Virus record (IMG/VR): IMGVR_UViG_3300000976_000009
Location: 237,151-301,150 of that record
Source: a virus
Direction: 5' to 3' (one strand)
DNA length: 64,000 nt
Shown: piece by piece, positions 10,097-19,880 of the stretch
Numbering within the stretch: the first letter of the stretch is position 1
Layout of the letters: every line of letters starts with the position of its first letter
Position numbers and translations under genes: made by a program
Notes under the pieces: generated by a model
What the model saw: only the letters and a program-made list of their open reading frames with translations
Database searches by the model: none
Told to the model about the DNA's origin: nothing

Positions 10097-10564
10097 ATGT
10101 ATGAATTAGTTATAAAATATCTATCTACACAATATTGGGTGGATTCTTATAGTGATACCGTTTATGACTCACAGGTTAAGGTTTATGGGGAACAATTAAG
10201 GAATGATATTGTTGACATGTTTGATGTTAGTGATGTTATTGCGACAGCTTGTATTGAAATATGGTTATATGATGAATCAGTAACATTTGATACTAATAAA
10301 TTTTGGGAAGATATAATTAATCCTTGGAATATTGGGAATGGTGGTATTAGAGGTTCAATAGATTTAGAATACATGAATAATATCGCAGAATCACAAAGAC
10401 AAATTGGTAGATTGATGGGTGTTTCATCTGAAATGTTCGGTGAATCTTTACAACAACTTGGTGATACAACATCTAGAACTGAATTGGCTCTTAATAATTG
10501 GCGAAATGTTAGTATAAAGTACCCAGTGGAAACAATAAATATTATTCCAACTATACTCCCTTAG
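10097..10564 (+). CDS. Hypothetical protein (paralog family with 18784, 21355, 21641)
   Basis: ELV.KYL...Y N-terminus; I..MF...W spacing. Confidence 0.6.
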   Translation: MYELVIKYLSTQYWVDSYSDTVYDSQVKVYGEQLRNDIVDMFDVSDVIATACIEIWLYDESVTFDTNKFWEDIINPWNIGNGGIRGSIDLEYMNNIAESQRQIGRLMGVSSEMFGESLQQLGDTTSRTELALNNWRNVSIKYPVETINIIPTILP

Positions 10565-10677
10565 TATCATCCAAAAGTATTTATTATCATACCCGACAAG
10601 GTTTAAACAATAAAAATACAATTTAATTAGGATAATCAAAAGTTATATTGTATATTTGCATTAACTTATTAAGATAA

Positions 10678-11055
10678 ATGTTTGACAAATTCAAAACAAG
10701 AAAAGGGAGATTAGAGAATAAAATCAAAACAGAACTGGATAAAGAATTTCCAAAGTATGATAAGATTATATCAGCTATTGACACCTACGAAAAAGATAAT
10801 ACCGATACAATTGAGAAATTGAAAAAGGTAAAAAAAGCTGACATGAATAAAATAAATGGGGCTTTAAAACAAACGATTCATGCACATGGACCAATAACTA
10901 AACAGCTAATTGGTTCAGCTGGTAAAAGAATTTATGGTTCATTAATATTGAATCCAAACCAATTAGAAAAGAAAAAAGTGAAAGTTTCAGTTAGAGATGT
11001 ATGTTTAGGGTTTCTTATTGGAGTTATTTTTATAATAATCACACAAATTATTTAG
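10678..11055 (+). CDS. Hypothetical protein with C-terminal TM anchor
   Basis: ORF downstream of a TATATTTG promoter. Confidence 0.7.
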   Translation: MFDKFKTRKGRLENKIKTELDKEFPKYDKIISAIDTYEKDNTDTIEKLKKVKKADMNKINGALKQTIHAHGPITKQLIGSAGKRIYGSLILNPNQLEKKKVKVSVRDVCLGFLIGVIFIIITQII

Positions 11056-11059
11056 ATAT

Positions 11060-11320
11060 ATGGGAAAAAAATCTATATTATTAATTTCAGTTGGAGTATT
11101 AAATTTCATACATGGTTTAACACATATCATCCAATTCATCCAATCGGTTGTTTTGGTTAGTTCATCATTACATGAACATTGTGATGATGATTCTTGGTTT
11201 AATGAATTAATGCATAATCCAATTATTGCAATTATATGGGCATTAATTGGTATATTAACATTAATAATTGGTATAAAGGATTATAAACACCATAAAAAAA
11301 AGAATAATGGAAAAAGATAA
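11060..11320 (+). CDS. Two-TM membrane protein
   Basis: Two hydrophobic segments, His-rich. Confidence 0.65.
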   Translation: MGKKSILLISVGVLNFIHGLTHIIQFIQSVVLVSSSLHEHCDDDSWFNELMHNPIIAIIWALIGILTLIIGIKDYKHHKKKNNGKR

Positions 11321-11654
11321 AATTAATTTCAAAGAATTTCTTGAAATTGCAAATAAATTGGAAATTAAAGTTGGTATGGTTGTCGCAGCTAAGCGTGTAC
11401 CAAAAAAAGATAAGTTATTAGAACTTAGAGTTGCTTTTGGATATGGTTCAGACAGTAATGTCAGTTGTGTCACGAATCTTGGTGAAATACATGAGCCAGA
11501 GGATTTTGTTGGTAATAAATTACCTTTTATAATGAACTTAGAGCCAGCTAAAATGGGCGGTGTATTAAGTGAAGTTATGCTAATGGTTAGTGACTTAAAT
11601 GGTGGTATTGATATTAATATGGCTGATTTCTCAGTTGGTGGTAAATTAATGTAA
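11307..11654 (+). CDS. Stand-alone tRNA-binding OB-fold protein (Trbp111/CsaA/MetRS C-terminal-like)
   Basis: F..F.KLEIKVG.V..A..VP..DKLL.L and NLEPAKMGGVLSEVMLM motifs. Confidence 0.85.
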   Translation: MEKDKINFKEFLEIANKLEIKVGMVVAAKRVPKKDKLLELRVAFGYGSDSNVSCVTNLGEIHEPEDFVGNKLPFIMNLEPAKMGGVLSEVMLMVSDLNGGIDINMADFSVGGKLM

Positions 11655-11655
11655 T

Positions 11656-11868
11656 ATGAATTCAACATTAACTAATTTCGCACGAAATACATTGAAAGAA
11701 GATTTGAGTCAATGTACTGATAGTCAACTATTATTATTCAAAAGAATGTATTCATCGCAAGATTTAACTAAAGAGATTAATTTAGTTATTGATGATATGA
11801 GTGATGGTGATTTAGATTGGGCTATGGTACAAGTTAAAAATACATTAGAAAAAAATAAAAAATTATGA
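11656..11868 (+). CDS. Hypothetical protein
   Basis: FKRMYS...LDWAM.QV ORF in operon. Confidence 0.6.
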   Translation: MNSTLTNFARNTLKEDLSQCTDSQLLLFKRMYSSQDLTKEINLVIDDMSDGDLDWAMVQVKNTLEKNKKL

Positions 11869-12401
11869 AAAAGACAAAACTAAAAATATGGGATTTTGAT
11901 GGTACACTATGTGATACCCCATTACCAGAGGTTGGTAAACCAATTTGGAAAGAAGCAACAGGTAAAGAGTGGGAACATGTCGGATGGTGGTCAAAAGCTG
12001 AGTCTTTGAATTTAGAAATTTTTGAACACCCAACACTACCAAGTGTAATGACTGATTTTGATAAATACAAAGATGCCGAAGATTGCATGAATGTAATGTT
12101 AACTGGTCGTAGAGCTAAGAAACCTTTGGAGGATGCAGTTAAGGCGATTCTTGATTCTCACGGATTGAAATTCGATATGTACTTCCATAATAACGGTGGT
12201 GAGACTGGTGAGAATAAAATGTATAGAATTGAGAAGTTGTTGAAACAATTCCCAGAACTTGATTCAGTTGAAATGTGGGATGACAGGACTTTACATATTC
12301 CAAGATTCCAAGAATGGGGAGATAAGTTGGTTGAAGAAGGTAGGATAAAGGAATTCAAAATTAACCACGTCATTGGTGATAACCATGCGTTAACTCCATA
12401 G
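11865..12401 (+). CDS. HAD phosphatase, RNA-repair (Swiss-army-knife HAD) like
   Basis: WDFDGTL..TP, GWW, MLTGR, K and MWDDR..H motifs. Confidence 0.8.
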   Translation: MKKTKLKIWDFDGTLCDTPLPEVGKPIWKEATGKEWEHVGWWSKAESLNLEIFEHPTLPSVMTDFDKYKDAEDCMNVMLTGRRAKKPLEDAVKAILDSHGLKFDMYFHNNGGETGENKMYRIEKLLKQFPELDSVEMWDDRTLHIPRFQEWGDKLVEEGRIKEFKINHVIGDNHALTP

Positions 12402-13010
12402 GTCTCTTTTTATATCTCTATTAACCTTACTACATAATGGTTGTAAGTTAGTGAAGTGGTTCAATTGAATCGCTTCATTTTCATTTACAGCAGATGATGA
12501 AGGTTTAATATGGTCTATATCCCATCCGTAACCATACTCTCCATTATACTTACCATAATTATCCCACGTCATCCAATCTTCCCATTGGGATTCGATATAT
12601 TGTTTGAATTCTATAAATGAACACCCAAGTATATCATAAGTTCTAGACCTTTTGGTATAACCATTCCTTTTGATTGATTGTCTAATTAAACAACCAATAT
12701 GGTGTTTAAGTTTATACAGTGGGTCTTCACCTATTCTTTTTTTAACATAGTCTGCTTTAGCTTTTTTCACCTTATCTGGGTTAACCTTAGCCCAAGCTTT
12801 TTTTATCTTATTAACTTTATCTTTATTAGCCTCAGCGTATTTTTTATCACTAATCTTTTTACCTTCTTTATTTCTTTCACGACTAGCCTTAACTTTTTCT
12901 GGATTTGCTTTAGCCCAAGCTTTTTGTTGTTGTTTTCTTTTCTCTTTATTGTTTTTACGATATTCAATATCATACAATCTTTTAGCTTCTTTTTTTTCTT
13001 CTGATGTCAT
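12390..13010 (-). CDS. HNH homing endonuclease
   Basis: Basic helical N-terminal repeats; ILGCS, WDIDHIKP and HFTNLQPL..N..K motifs; antisense to its neighbours. Confidence 0.88.
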   Translation of the reverse strand: MTSEEKKEAKRLYDIEYRKNNKEKRKQQQKAWAKANPEKVKASRERNKEGKKISDKKYAEANKDKVNKIKKAWAKVNPDKVKKAKADYVKKRIGEDPLYKLKHHIGCLIRQSIKRNGYTKRSRTYDILGCSFIEFKQYIESQWEDWMTWDNYGKYNGEYGYGWDIDHIKPSSSAVNENEAIQLNHFTNLQPLCSKVNRDIKRDLWS

Positions 13011-13116
13011 AAGTTTATTTTATTATAAATATCAGTAATTTATGAAAAGGATGACCGATATGAACACTTTATGGGGATTATTTGCAAAGTTAAATAATTT
13101 TATGTATCTTTGTTAC

Positions 13117-13650
13117 ATGAAAGATATTAAAGATAAAATTTTAGATAAGGGATATACATTAGTTTATGAAAATTAGTTTGGTTCTTCATTTGTTAATGAA
13201 GAAGTTAAGATGTGTGTTATATTCTTAAATAAGTATGATGAAAAATTAACATATAGTAATTCTGAATTAAGGAAACCTTTAGAAGAAAAGTATAACTTTG
13301 CAACCAAAGGAACTATATGTGTTTTTAATATATATGATGGTGATTTAGATGAACTTGAGCGTGATGAATACCATGCGATTAAAATACACTCAAATAAGTT
13401 AGATATATTACCTAGTAAGCTTAATAAACAATTAACAATTACTTTTAAACCAACAATTGAGGGTGGTGACAAAGGTGATTATGTTATAAATCCATTTGTC
13501 AAAATGGATGGGAAAGCTAATATTAGTTTTTATGAATTTTTGTCAACTGTTGACAAAAATTCTGTGGTGAATTACCCTATGATTATAGATGGTATGTATT
13601 TGTCTTGGTTTAGGTATGTTTCTAATAAAATATATAATGTAGAATTATGA
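13117..13650 (+). pseudogene. Hypothetical protein with one in-frame TAG (13174-13176)
   Basis: Promoter-proximal ATG 13117 is in frame with ORF 13210..13650, and only one TAG intervenes. Confidence 0.5.
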
Positions 13651-14063
13651 GTGATTATAAACATAACAAAGTTGTTAGGTTACCATTCCCTAAAGAAATT
13701 CTTGAAAAATGTAATACATCTGATGCATATGAATGTGAATTATATTTAAGAGAGTTATTGGGTGAATTATGGGATAATAATGATAAAAATAGTTTTAAAT
13801 TAGATTGTTCTGATAAAAGAGCTTATATTGATTGGGTTTATTATTCAACATATGGTGAAGAATCTGGAGATTGGGGTAATGCACGTTTATTGACACAAAA
13901 AGAACTTGACACTATTAAACCATTTTTTAATAAAATTGGTATACCATATGGTGATACTGACTTAAGGGTTGTCGATTTTTGTTACTATAATGCTTGTGAG
14001 CCACCAGATTATTATGATATTGTTAATGAAGATACTGACCATTCTGGCTTATTTATAAATTAA
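13647..14063 (+). CDS. Hypothetical protein
   Basis: MSDY...YYNACEPPDYY ORF in operon. Confidence 0.7.
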   Translation: MSDYKHNKVVRLPFPKEILEKCNTSDAYECELYLRELLGELWDNNDKNSFKLDCSDKRAYIDWVYYSTYGEESGDWGNARLLTQKELDTIKPFFNKIGIPYGDTDLRVVDFCYYNACEPPDYYDIVNEDTDHSGLFIN

Positions 14064-14074
14064 AATAATAAATA

Positions 14075-14632
14075 ATGAAAAGAACTAAATGTCAAAAGCT
14101 AAAGATTATGAAATTTCCTTATTATGAATTTAATAAGGAAGGAGATATCACATATTATGAAAATGATAAAAATATTTGGTATAAGTTTTTTTATAATATA
14201 GATAATCAAATGACCCATAGAAAAACATCTTTTGGTTTCACAAAAAAATGGTTTTATAATTCTGATGGTAAATTCATCAAATATGAAGATAATTATGGGA
14301 ATTATTATGAAAATACAAATAAAATGATTCCTTTTTTTATTAATAATCCCCATAATTTTCATGGGTGGGATAAGATAGGTTATGATATAAATAGAAATAG
14401 AATTATTAAAGTTGACCCATTTAATAATTCTATTCAAAAACATTACCATTATAATGGTTGGTCTTCTATTGAAAAGTATAATAACAAAAAGTTAGTTATT
14501 AAAGAAAATACAAATGGTTATTGGGAAATCACTAATTATGATGATAATATGAATTTAATTAAATATTTGTGTTCAGATGGGAATTGGTGGGATATTAATT
14601 ATTTTTCAAACAATATTTGTCCATTTATTTGA
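14075..14632 (+). CDS. Repeat (YD/DUF2963-like) hypothetical protein
   Basis: Repeated yn.dG.i.yed.G.w units; shares SDGNWWD.N with 20759. Confidence 0.6.
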   Translation: MKRTKCQKLKIMKFPYYEFNKEGDITYYENDKNIWYKFFYNIDNQMTHRKTSFGFTKKWFYNSDGKFIKYEDNYGNYYENTNKMIPFFINNPHNFHGWDKIGYDINRNRIIKVDPFNNSIQKHYHYNGWSSIEKYNNKKLVIKENTNGYWEITNYDDNMNLIKYLCSDGNWWDINYFSNNICPFI

Positions 14633-14686
14633 AAAATAATAATGTATTTAGATAATAAATACATTATTATTTCCTATCTTTGTAGT

Positions 14687-14944
14687 ATGAAAAATAATAA
14701 TTGTCCAGAATGTAATTATCATAGCGATGCTGCTACAGCATTAGATGGAGACTATAAACCCTCAGATGGAGACATATCACTTTGTTTCAATTGTGGTGCT
14801 ATTAATCAATTTGATAGTGAACTTAATATTATACCATTACCAGATATTGTATTGGCTAGTATTAAAGAGCATGAACCAGAAACACACGAACAATTAATGG
14901 ATGCGGTTATATCGATTAAGGCAAATAACATGAGATTGAATTAA
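14687..14944 (+). CDS. Small zinc-finger protein
   Basis: CPEC...CFNC. Confidence 0.65.
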   Translation: MKNNNCPECNYHSDAATALDGDYKPSDGDISLCFNCGAINQFDSELNIIPLPDIVLASIKEHEPETHEQLMDAVISIKANNMRLN

Positions 14945-14950
14945 GAATGA

Positions 14951-15769
14951 ATGAAGTTAGTTGATGAAGGATTAAAAGATATTTTTGATAAAGCAAATAT
15001 AACTGATGTAATCAAAGCATATGGTTATCTTAGGAATAGTGGGTGTTATTCTCGTGCGGCATCAATGAGTAATGCGTTATATTATTTTGACAAGGAAACG
15101 TTAAATGAATATGACCTAATAATAAGGCGAGAATATAGAGATGAATCAGTATGTTTAGAATTCTATAAATTAGTTGGTGAACCACATATTCATGACTATA
15201 TTTCATATTGTTTAACACACAAGAATAATGATGTGCATGAAGATGCATATGAATTGGTTGTTGAATTTGAAGAAGCTTCTCAGTTAGATTCACAATATTT
15301 GATACAAGGCTTTAAAGGGATTCATATTAATAAAATAGAAGAATCTAATAAACATCAAATTATTGATGGGGTTATTCATGATGGGGTTATTCATGATGGG
15401 GATGATGATATGCTTAGACCAGCACAAGGGGAAATGCTAATGGCAGAACCCATAGCATTTGGTGATGATAATGCATTTGGTAATATAGCCCCAAATGATG
15501 GTGTAGTTGAAGAAGATGGTGTTTATGAAGCTGATGGAACTCGTATTGGTAATGTATATGTACCAGAACCAGATAATAGACCATATAGTGGACCAGATAA
15601 TATGACTATTGAAGAATTGACGAGGATGATTCAGCGTAATGCTAGGCAAATGGAAAGATATGAGGGTGATTTAGGTGATGATGATATGACTGTTCGTTTA
15701 GCTAGACGTAGGAGAGATGAATTAATGGAAAACATTGATAGGGTTAGGAGGATATTAGAAAATAGATAA
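14951..15769 (+). CDS. Hypothetical acidic protein
   Basis: ORF with an internal 15-bp duplication (DGVIH x2). Confidence 0.7.
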   Translation: MKLVDEGLKDIFDKANITDVIKAYGYLRNSGCYSRAASMSNALYYFDKETLNEYDLIIRREYRDESVCLEFYKLVGEPHIHDYISYCLTHKNNDVHEDAYELVVEFEEASQLDSQYLIQGFKGIHINKIEESNKHQIIDGVIHDGVIHDGDDDMLRPAQGEMLMAEPIAFGDDNAFGNIAPNDGVVEEDGVYEADGTRIGNVYVPEPDNRPYSGPDNMTIEELTRMIQRNARQMERYEGDLGDDDMTVRLARRRRDELMENIDRVRRILENR

Positions 15770-15773
15770 AAGT

Positions 15774-17705
15774 ATGATTAAAATAAAAGATATATTAGAA
15801 GGTAAACTAAGCATGAATGCCAGCGGTTCTGGTTACCTTACTTCGAATGATTTGCCGAAAGACATTTACATTCACAAAAAAAATATGAACAAAGCATTAC
15901 ATCTTGATAATATTAAAATTGAGGTGATTGAAGGTAAAGGTAGACCACTTGAAGGTAAAGTAGTCGATATTATTGAGAGATTCAAAGATACATTTGTTGG
16001 TACATTACAAGTTTCAGATAGATATGCTTTTTTAGTCCCAGATAGTAACAAAATGCCAGTTGATATTTTCATCCCACTTAACCAACTTAAAGGTGGGACT
16101 GATGGTCAAAAAGCTGTTGGGAGAATAACTAATTGGAAAGATGATGCTAAATCACCTAATGGTGTGATAGATGAGGTTCTAGGTAATGCTGGTGAGAATG
16201 AAGCAGAAATTCACTCAATACTACATGAATATGATTTACCATATAATTTTGATGAAGATGTTGAGGCGGAAGCAAATGCAATCCCAATTGAAATTCCAGA
16301 GTCTGAAATTATTAAGCGTAGAGATATGCGTAATATTCTAACATTTACGATTGACCCATTAACTGCTAAAGATTTCGATGATGCACTTTCTGTAGAATGG
16401 GTAAATGGTAAAATGGTTGTTGGTATCCATATTGCAGATGTAAGTCACTATGTTAGACCAGATACAGATTTGGATAAAGAAGCATATAAGAGAGGAACCT
16501 CAGTTTATTTAGTAGATAGAGTTGTACCGATGCTTCCAGAGAGATTATCTAATGGTTTATGTAGTCTGAGACCACATGAAGATAAATTATGTTTCTCAGC
16601 GGTATTCACATTAGACCATAATGGTCATGTTATTGATGAATGGTTTGGTAAGACTGTTATTCATTCTGATATGAGGTTCACTTATGAGGAAGCTCAAGAA
16701 GTAATTGAAAATGGTTGTGTGGAAAGTTGGGATATGGGTAATTTACAAACTATGGGTCAAAATTTAATTGATGCAGTACTTGCACTTGATAAGACAGCAA
16801 AGAGAATGCGTAAGAAGAGATTCACTAGAGGGTCAATTTCATTTGACAAACGTGAGGTTTCTTTTAAATTAGATGAAAACAATAACCCAATAGGTATTAA
16901 TTTTAAGGTCTCAAAGGATTCTAATAAATTAATTGAGGAATATATGTTACTTGCTAATAGACGTGTTGCACAATTTCTTAAGTCTAAAGGTCCATGTGTG
17001 AATAGAGCACATGATGAACCAGACCCAGCCAAGTTAGAGAATCTAAAAGTGTTTTTAGAACCATTGGGGTATAAAATTAAAACTGGTAATCCAGTTGAAA
17101 TTACTAATACATTAAACCAATTATTGTTAGATGTTAAAGGTACACCAGAAGAAAATATGGTTAGTAGTTTAGTTGTTAGAACAATGATGAAAGCTGTCTA
17201 TACTACTGACAATGTTGGTCATTATGGTTTAGGTTTTGACCATTACTCACATTTTACAAGTCCGATTAGAAGATACCCAGATGTGATTATTCACAGAATG
17301 CTTGGTAGATACTTAGAGGACAAGACTGTTACTAATAAGACTAAGTTAGAGGGTAGGTGTGTTCACTTATCTGAAAGGGAGAGGAAAGCACAGAAAGCTT
17401 CTAGGGATTCCGTTAAGTACATGCAATGTAAGTACATGATTGATAAAATCGGTAAGATTTATAAAGGTGTTGTCGGTTCAATAACTGATTATGGGATGTT
17501 TGTAGAGATGCCAGAGGTTGGTTGTGAAGGGATGGTTAGGATTTCAGAGATAGGTGGTGACACTTATGTAGCTGATACTCAAAACCATTGTATAAAAGGG
17601 TATAACACTGGTGATGTTGTCAGAATGGGAGATGAAGTTAATATTATTGTGAAAGCAGTTGATGTTGAAAGAAAGACTATTGATTTAATGATTGTAAGAT
17701 TGTAA
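15774..17705 (+). CDS. rnr: Ribonuclease R (RNB family)
   Basis: TIDPLTAKDFDDALS, HIADVSHYV, YSHFTSPIRRYPD motifs and a C-terminal S1 domain. Confidence 0.96.
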   Translation: MIKIKDILEGKLSMNASGSGYLTSNDLPKDIYIHKKNMNKALHLDNIKIEVIEGKGRPLEGKVVDIIERFKDTFVGTLQVSDRYAFLVPDSNKMPVDIFIPLNQLKGGTDGQKAVGRITNWKDDAKSPNGVIDEVLGNAGENEAEIHSILHEYDLPYNFDEDVEAEANAIPIEIPESEIIKRRDMRNILTFTIDPLTAKDFDDALSVEWVNGKMVVGIHIADVSHYVRPDTDLDKEAYKRGTSVYLVDRVVPMLPERLSNGLCSLRPHEDKLCFSAVFTLDHNGHVIDEWFGKTVIHSDMRFTYEEAQEVIENGCVESWDMGNLQTMGQNLIDAVLALDKTAKRMRKKRFTRGSISFDKREVSFKLDENNNPIGINFKVSKDSNKLIEEYMLLANRRVAQFLKSKGPCVNRAHDEPDPAKLENLKVFLEPLGYKIKTGNPVEITNTLNQLLLDVKGTPEENMVSSLVVRTMMKAVYTTDNVGHYGLGFDHYSHFTSPIRRYPDVIIHRMLGRYLEDKTVTNKTKLEGRCVHLSERERKAQKASRDSVKYMQCKYMIDKIGKIYKGVVGSITDYGMFVEMPEVGCEGMVRISEIGGDTYVADTQNHCIKGYNTGDVVRMGDEVNIIVKAVDVERKTIDLMIVRL

Positions 17706-18022
17706 TGAAATATCAAGAGCGTGATACTGTTTGTATAATTCGTAGAAATTTTTTTGAAGATGCACCAATTAATGGTATGCGTGGGTTTATAGACCATGTG
17801 CATGGAGATGGTTATTATACATTTGTTGCACTTACAGAAAGAGATGGTATAATTAAAGGTCGTAAAGTTGGTGAAGGTGGTTGTCATGAGAAATATCTTA
17901 AACCAGATAATGGTGAGGATTTAATTGATGCTATGAATACTCTACTATATGAACGTGAGTTACAATATAATAAATTAATGGGTGGATATTACCTAAGAAA
18001 GATAATTGAAGAAGATGACTAA
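17705..18022 (+). CDS. Hypothetical protein
   Basis: TAATG-coupled ORF. Confidence 0.6.
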   Translation: MKYQERDTVCIIRRNFFEDAPINGMRGFIDHVHGDGYYTFVALTERDGIIKGRKVGEGGCHEKYLKPDNGEDLIDAMNTLLYERELQYNKLMGGYYLRKIIEEDD

Positions 18023-18782
18023 AGGATTTACAGTAATAGGGGACACACATGGTAATCACAAGTTGATTGCACATCGTATTAAATCACTAAAATTGGAGAA
18101 TGAAATACTTTTGCATGTTGGTGATTTTGGTGTTGGATTTGCTAAAAGTGAACATGAAGATATTGAGAAAATGGCTTATTTGAATAAGACTTTAAAGAAA
18201 TTCAATAGTCATTGTTATGTTATACGTGGTAATCACGATAACCCAACATTCTTTCAAGGTAATCACAATTATTCTAATCTTCACCTAATCCCAGACTACT
18301 CAGTAATAGAGGTTAATGGTGAAAAGGTATTAATGGTTGGTGGTGCAATTAGTGTTGACAGACAACCACGTAAAGACGATATGCGTAAATGGGCAATAAA
18401 GGGTAGTGACTATGCAACTTATTGGTACGATGAGGGATTCGTATTAGATAAAGAGAAGCTTGAAGCTATGACTAATATTGATTATGTTATAACACATAGT
18501 TCACCTAAATTTGTATTCCCAATAAATGATTTTTCTAATATTGTTGATAGTCATGGACCATTTGTCCAACGTTTTGCTTGGAATGATTATAGTCTTAAAG
18601 ATGATTTAAATAAAGAACGAATTGAACTTGCAGAGATGTATGACATTTTAATTAAGAATAATTCAATTAAGAAATGGTTTTATGGTCATTTCCATACTAG
18701 TAAAGAAGAATTGGTCGGTGAAACTAATTTTGTATTATTAAATTGTGATGAATTTTACAATGTAATTCAAAAAACAACTTAA
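18015..18782 (+). CDS. Calcineurin-like metallophosphoesterase
   Basis: GDTHG, HVGDFG, RGNHD, ITH and FYGHFH motifs. Confidence 0.92.
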   Translation: MTKGFTVIGDTHGNHKLIAHRIKSLKLENEILLHVGDFGVGFAKSEHEDIEKMAYLNKTLKKFNSHCYVIRGNHDNPTFFQGNHNYSNLHLIPDYSVIEVNGEKVLMVGGAISVDRQPRKDDMRKWAIKGSDYATYWYDEGFVLDKEKLEAMTNIDYVITHSSPKFVFPINDFSNIVDSHGPFVQRFAWNDYSLKDDLNKERIELAEMYDILIKNNSIKKWFYGHFHTSKEELVGETNFVLLNCDEFYNVIQKTT

Positions 18783-18783
18783 G

Positions 18784-19206
18784 ATGAATAATTTAACATT
18801 AATACGTAGGTATATAAGCCAAAATTATGAACTATATGTTGACAATAGTGTTAAGATATTGGATAAGTTTACAGGTGGTAATATAAGAATTAACCATTTA
18901 GTCGATGAAACAAATCAAATCTTTGATTTTGATTGTACAAAAATTTGTAATAAATGGTATGACACATGTTTTAATCGGGAAACTAAAGATATACAAAATT
19001 ATTTATCAAACTATAGAGTTAGACTAGGTAGTCGTAATTGGGAGACGTTAGATAAAGATAATAATTTCTTTGAAATTAGAGAAATGGTTAAACATTTTTC
19101 TGATAAATACCACGAAAAATTTATTAGGGAAACCCATAATAATTGGTATCTAAAAAAAATTCAGAAAGAAGTTGAAAAAATAATTAAAATTAATGATTTA
19201 TATTAG
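18784..19206 (+). CDS. Hypothetical protein (paralog family)
   Basis: LIRRYISQNY...QIFD...W. Confidence 0.6.
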   Translation: MNNLTLIRRYISQNYELYVDNSVKILDKFTGGNIRINHLVDETNQIFDFDCTKICNKWYDTCFNRETKDIQNYLSNYRVRLGSRNWETLDKDNNFFEIREMVKHFSDKYHEKFIRETHNNWYLKKIQKEVEKIIKINDLY

Positions 19207-19407
19207 AATATTTCAAATATTTTTATTATATTTGTAATGTAACAACCAAGCTATGTTTAAAGGAAATAAATTAACTATATTATTATTGATTATCATGGTG
19301 ATAATTTTCGGATTCTTTTTTTGGAAGATGTTTTTAGGACTAATATTATTTGTTACAATATTATTTTTAGGATATAAAGTAATTTCCAATCGTAAAAAAA
19401 GATAATA

Positions 19408-19851
19408 ATGAAATTATTACAAAAAAATCGTAAAGCACTATATGAGTATGCACCTATAGATAAGTACATAGCTGGTATTAAATTATTGGGGTCTGAAATT
19501 AAATCTATCCGAGAGGGTGATGTTAATATTAAGGCTGCACATTGTATCTTTAAAGATGGTGAATTATTTATTAAAGGTATGCATATAGCTGAATACAAGC
19601 AAAGTGGTATCCACCAGAACCATGACCCATTAAGAGAACGCAAATTACTCCTTCATAAAAAGGAACTAGAAAAGCTCTTTAAAGGTGTGAGTACTAAAGG
19701 TGTAACCATAGTTCCGATTGCCCTACTATTGTCCAAGGGTGGTTATGTTAAGTTAGAAATAGCATTAGCCAAGGGAAAAAAACTTCATGATAAAAGAGAG
19801 GATATTAAGAAGAAGGACATTGAGCGAGAAACGCAAAGAAAATTTAAGTAA
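19408..19851 (+). CDS. smpB: SsrA-binding protein SmpB
   Basis: NRKA, AGIKLLGSEIKSIR, RERKLLLHKKE and AKGKKLHDKRE motifs; C-terminal tail intact. Confidence 0.96.
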   Translation: MKLLQKNRKALYEYAPIDKYIAGIKLLGSEIKSIREGDVNIKAAHCIFKDGELFIKGMHIAEYKQSGIHQNHDPLRERKLLLHKKELEKLFKGVSTKGVTIVPIALLLSKGGYVKLEIALAKGKKLHDKREDIKKKDIERETQRKFK

Positions 19852-19880
19852 TAACCCATAAAAACCATAAAACTATATAT

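Noticed and set aside
13174-13176. Genome-wide TAG reassignment (genetic code 15)
   Set aside because: Long conserved genes have no internal TAG, and several genes end at TAG followed by promoters or new starts
15365-15401. 15-bp tandem duplication GATGGGGTTATTCAT
   Set aside because: In-frame slippage duplication inside a low-complexity coding region
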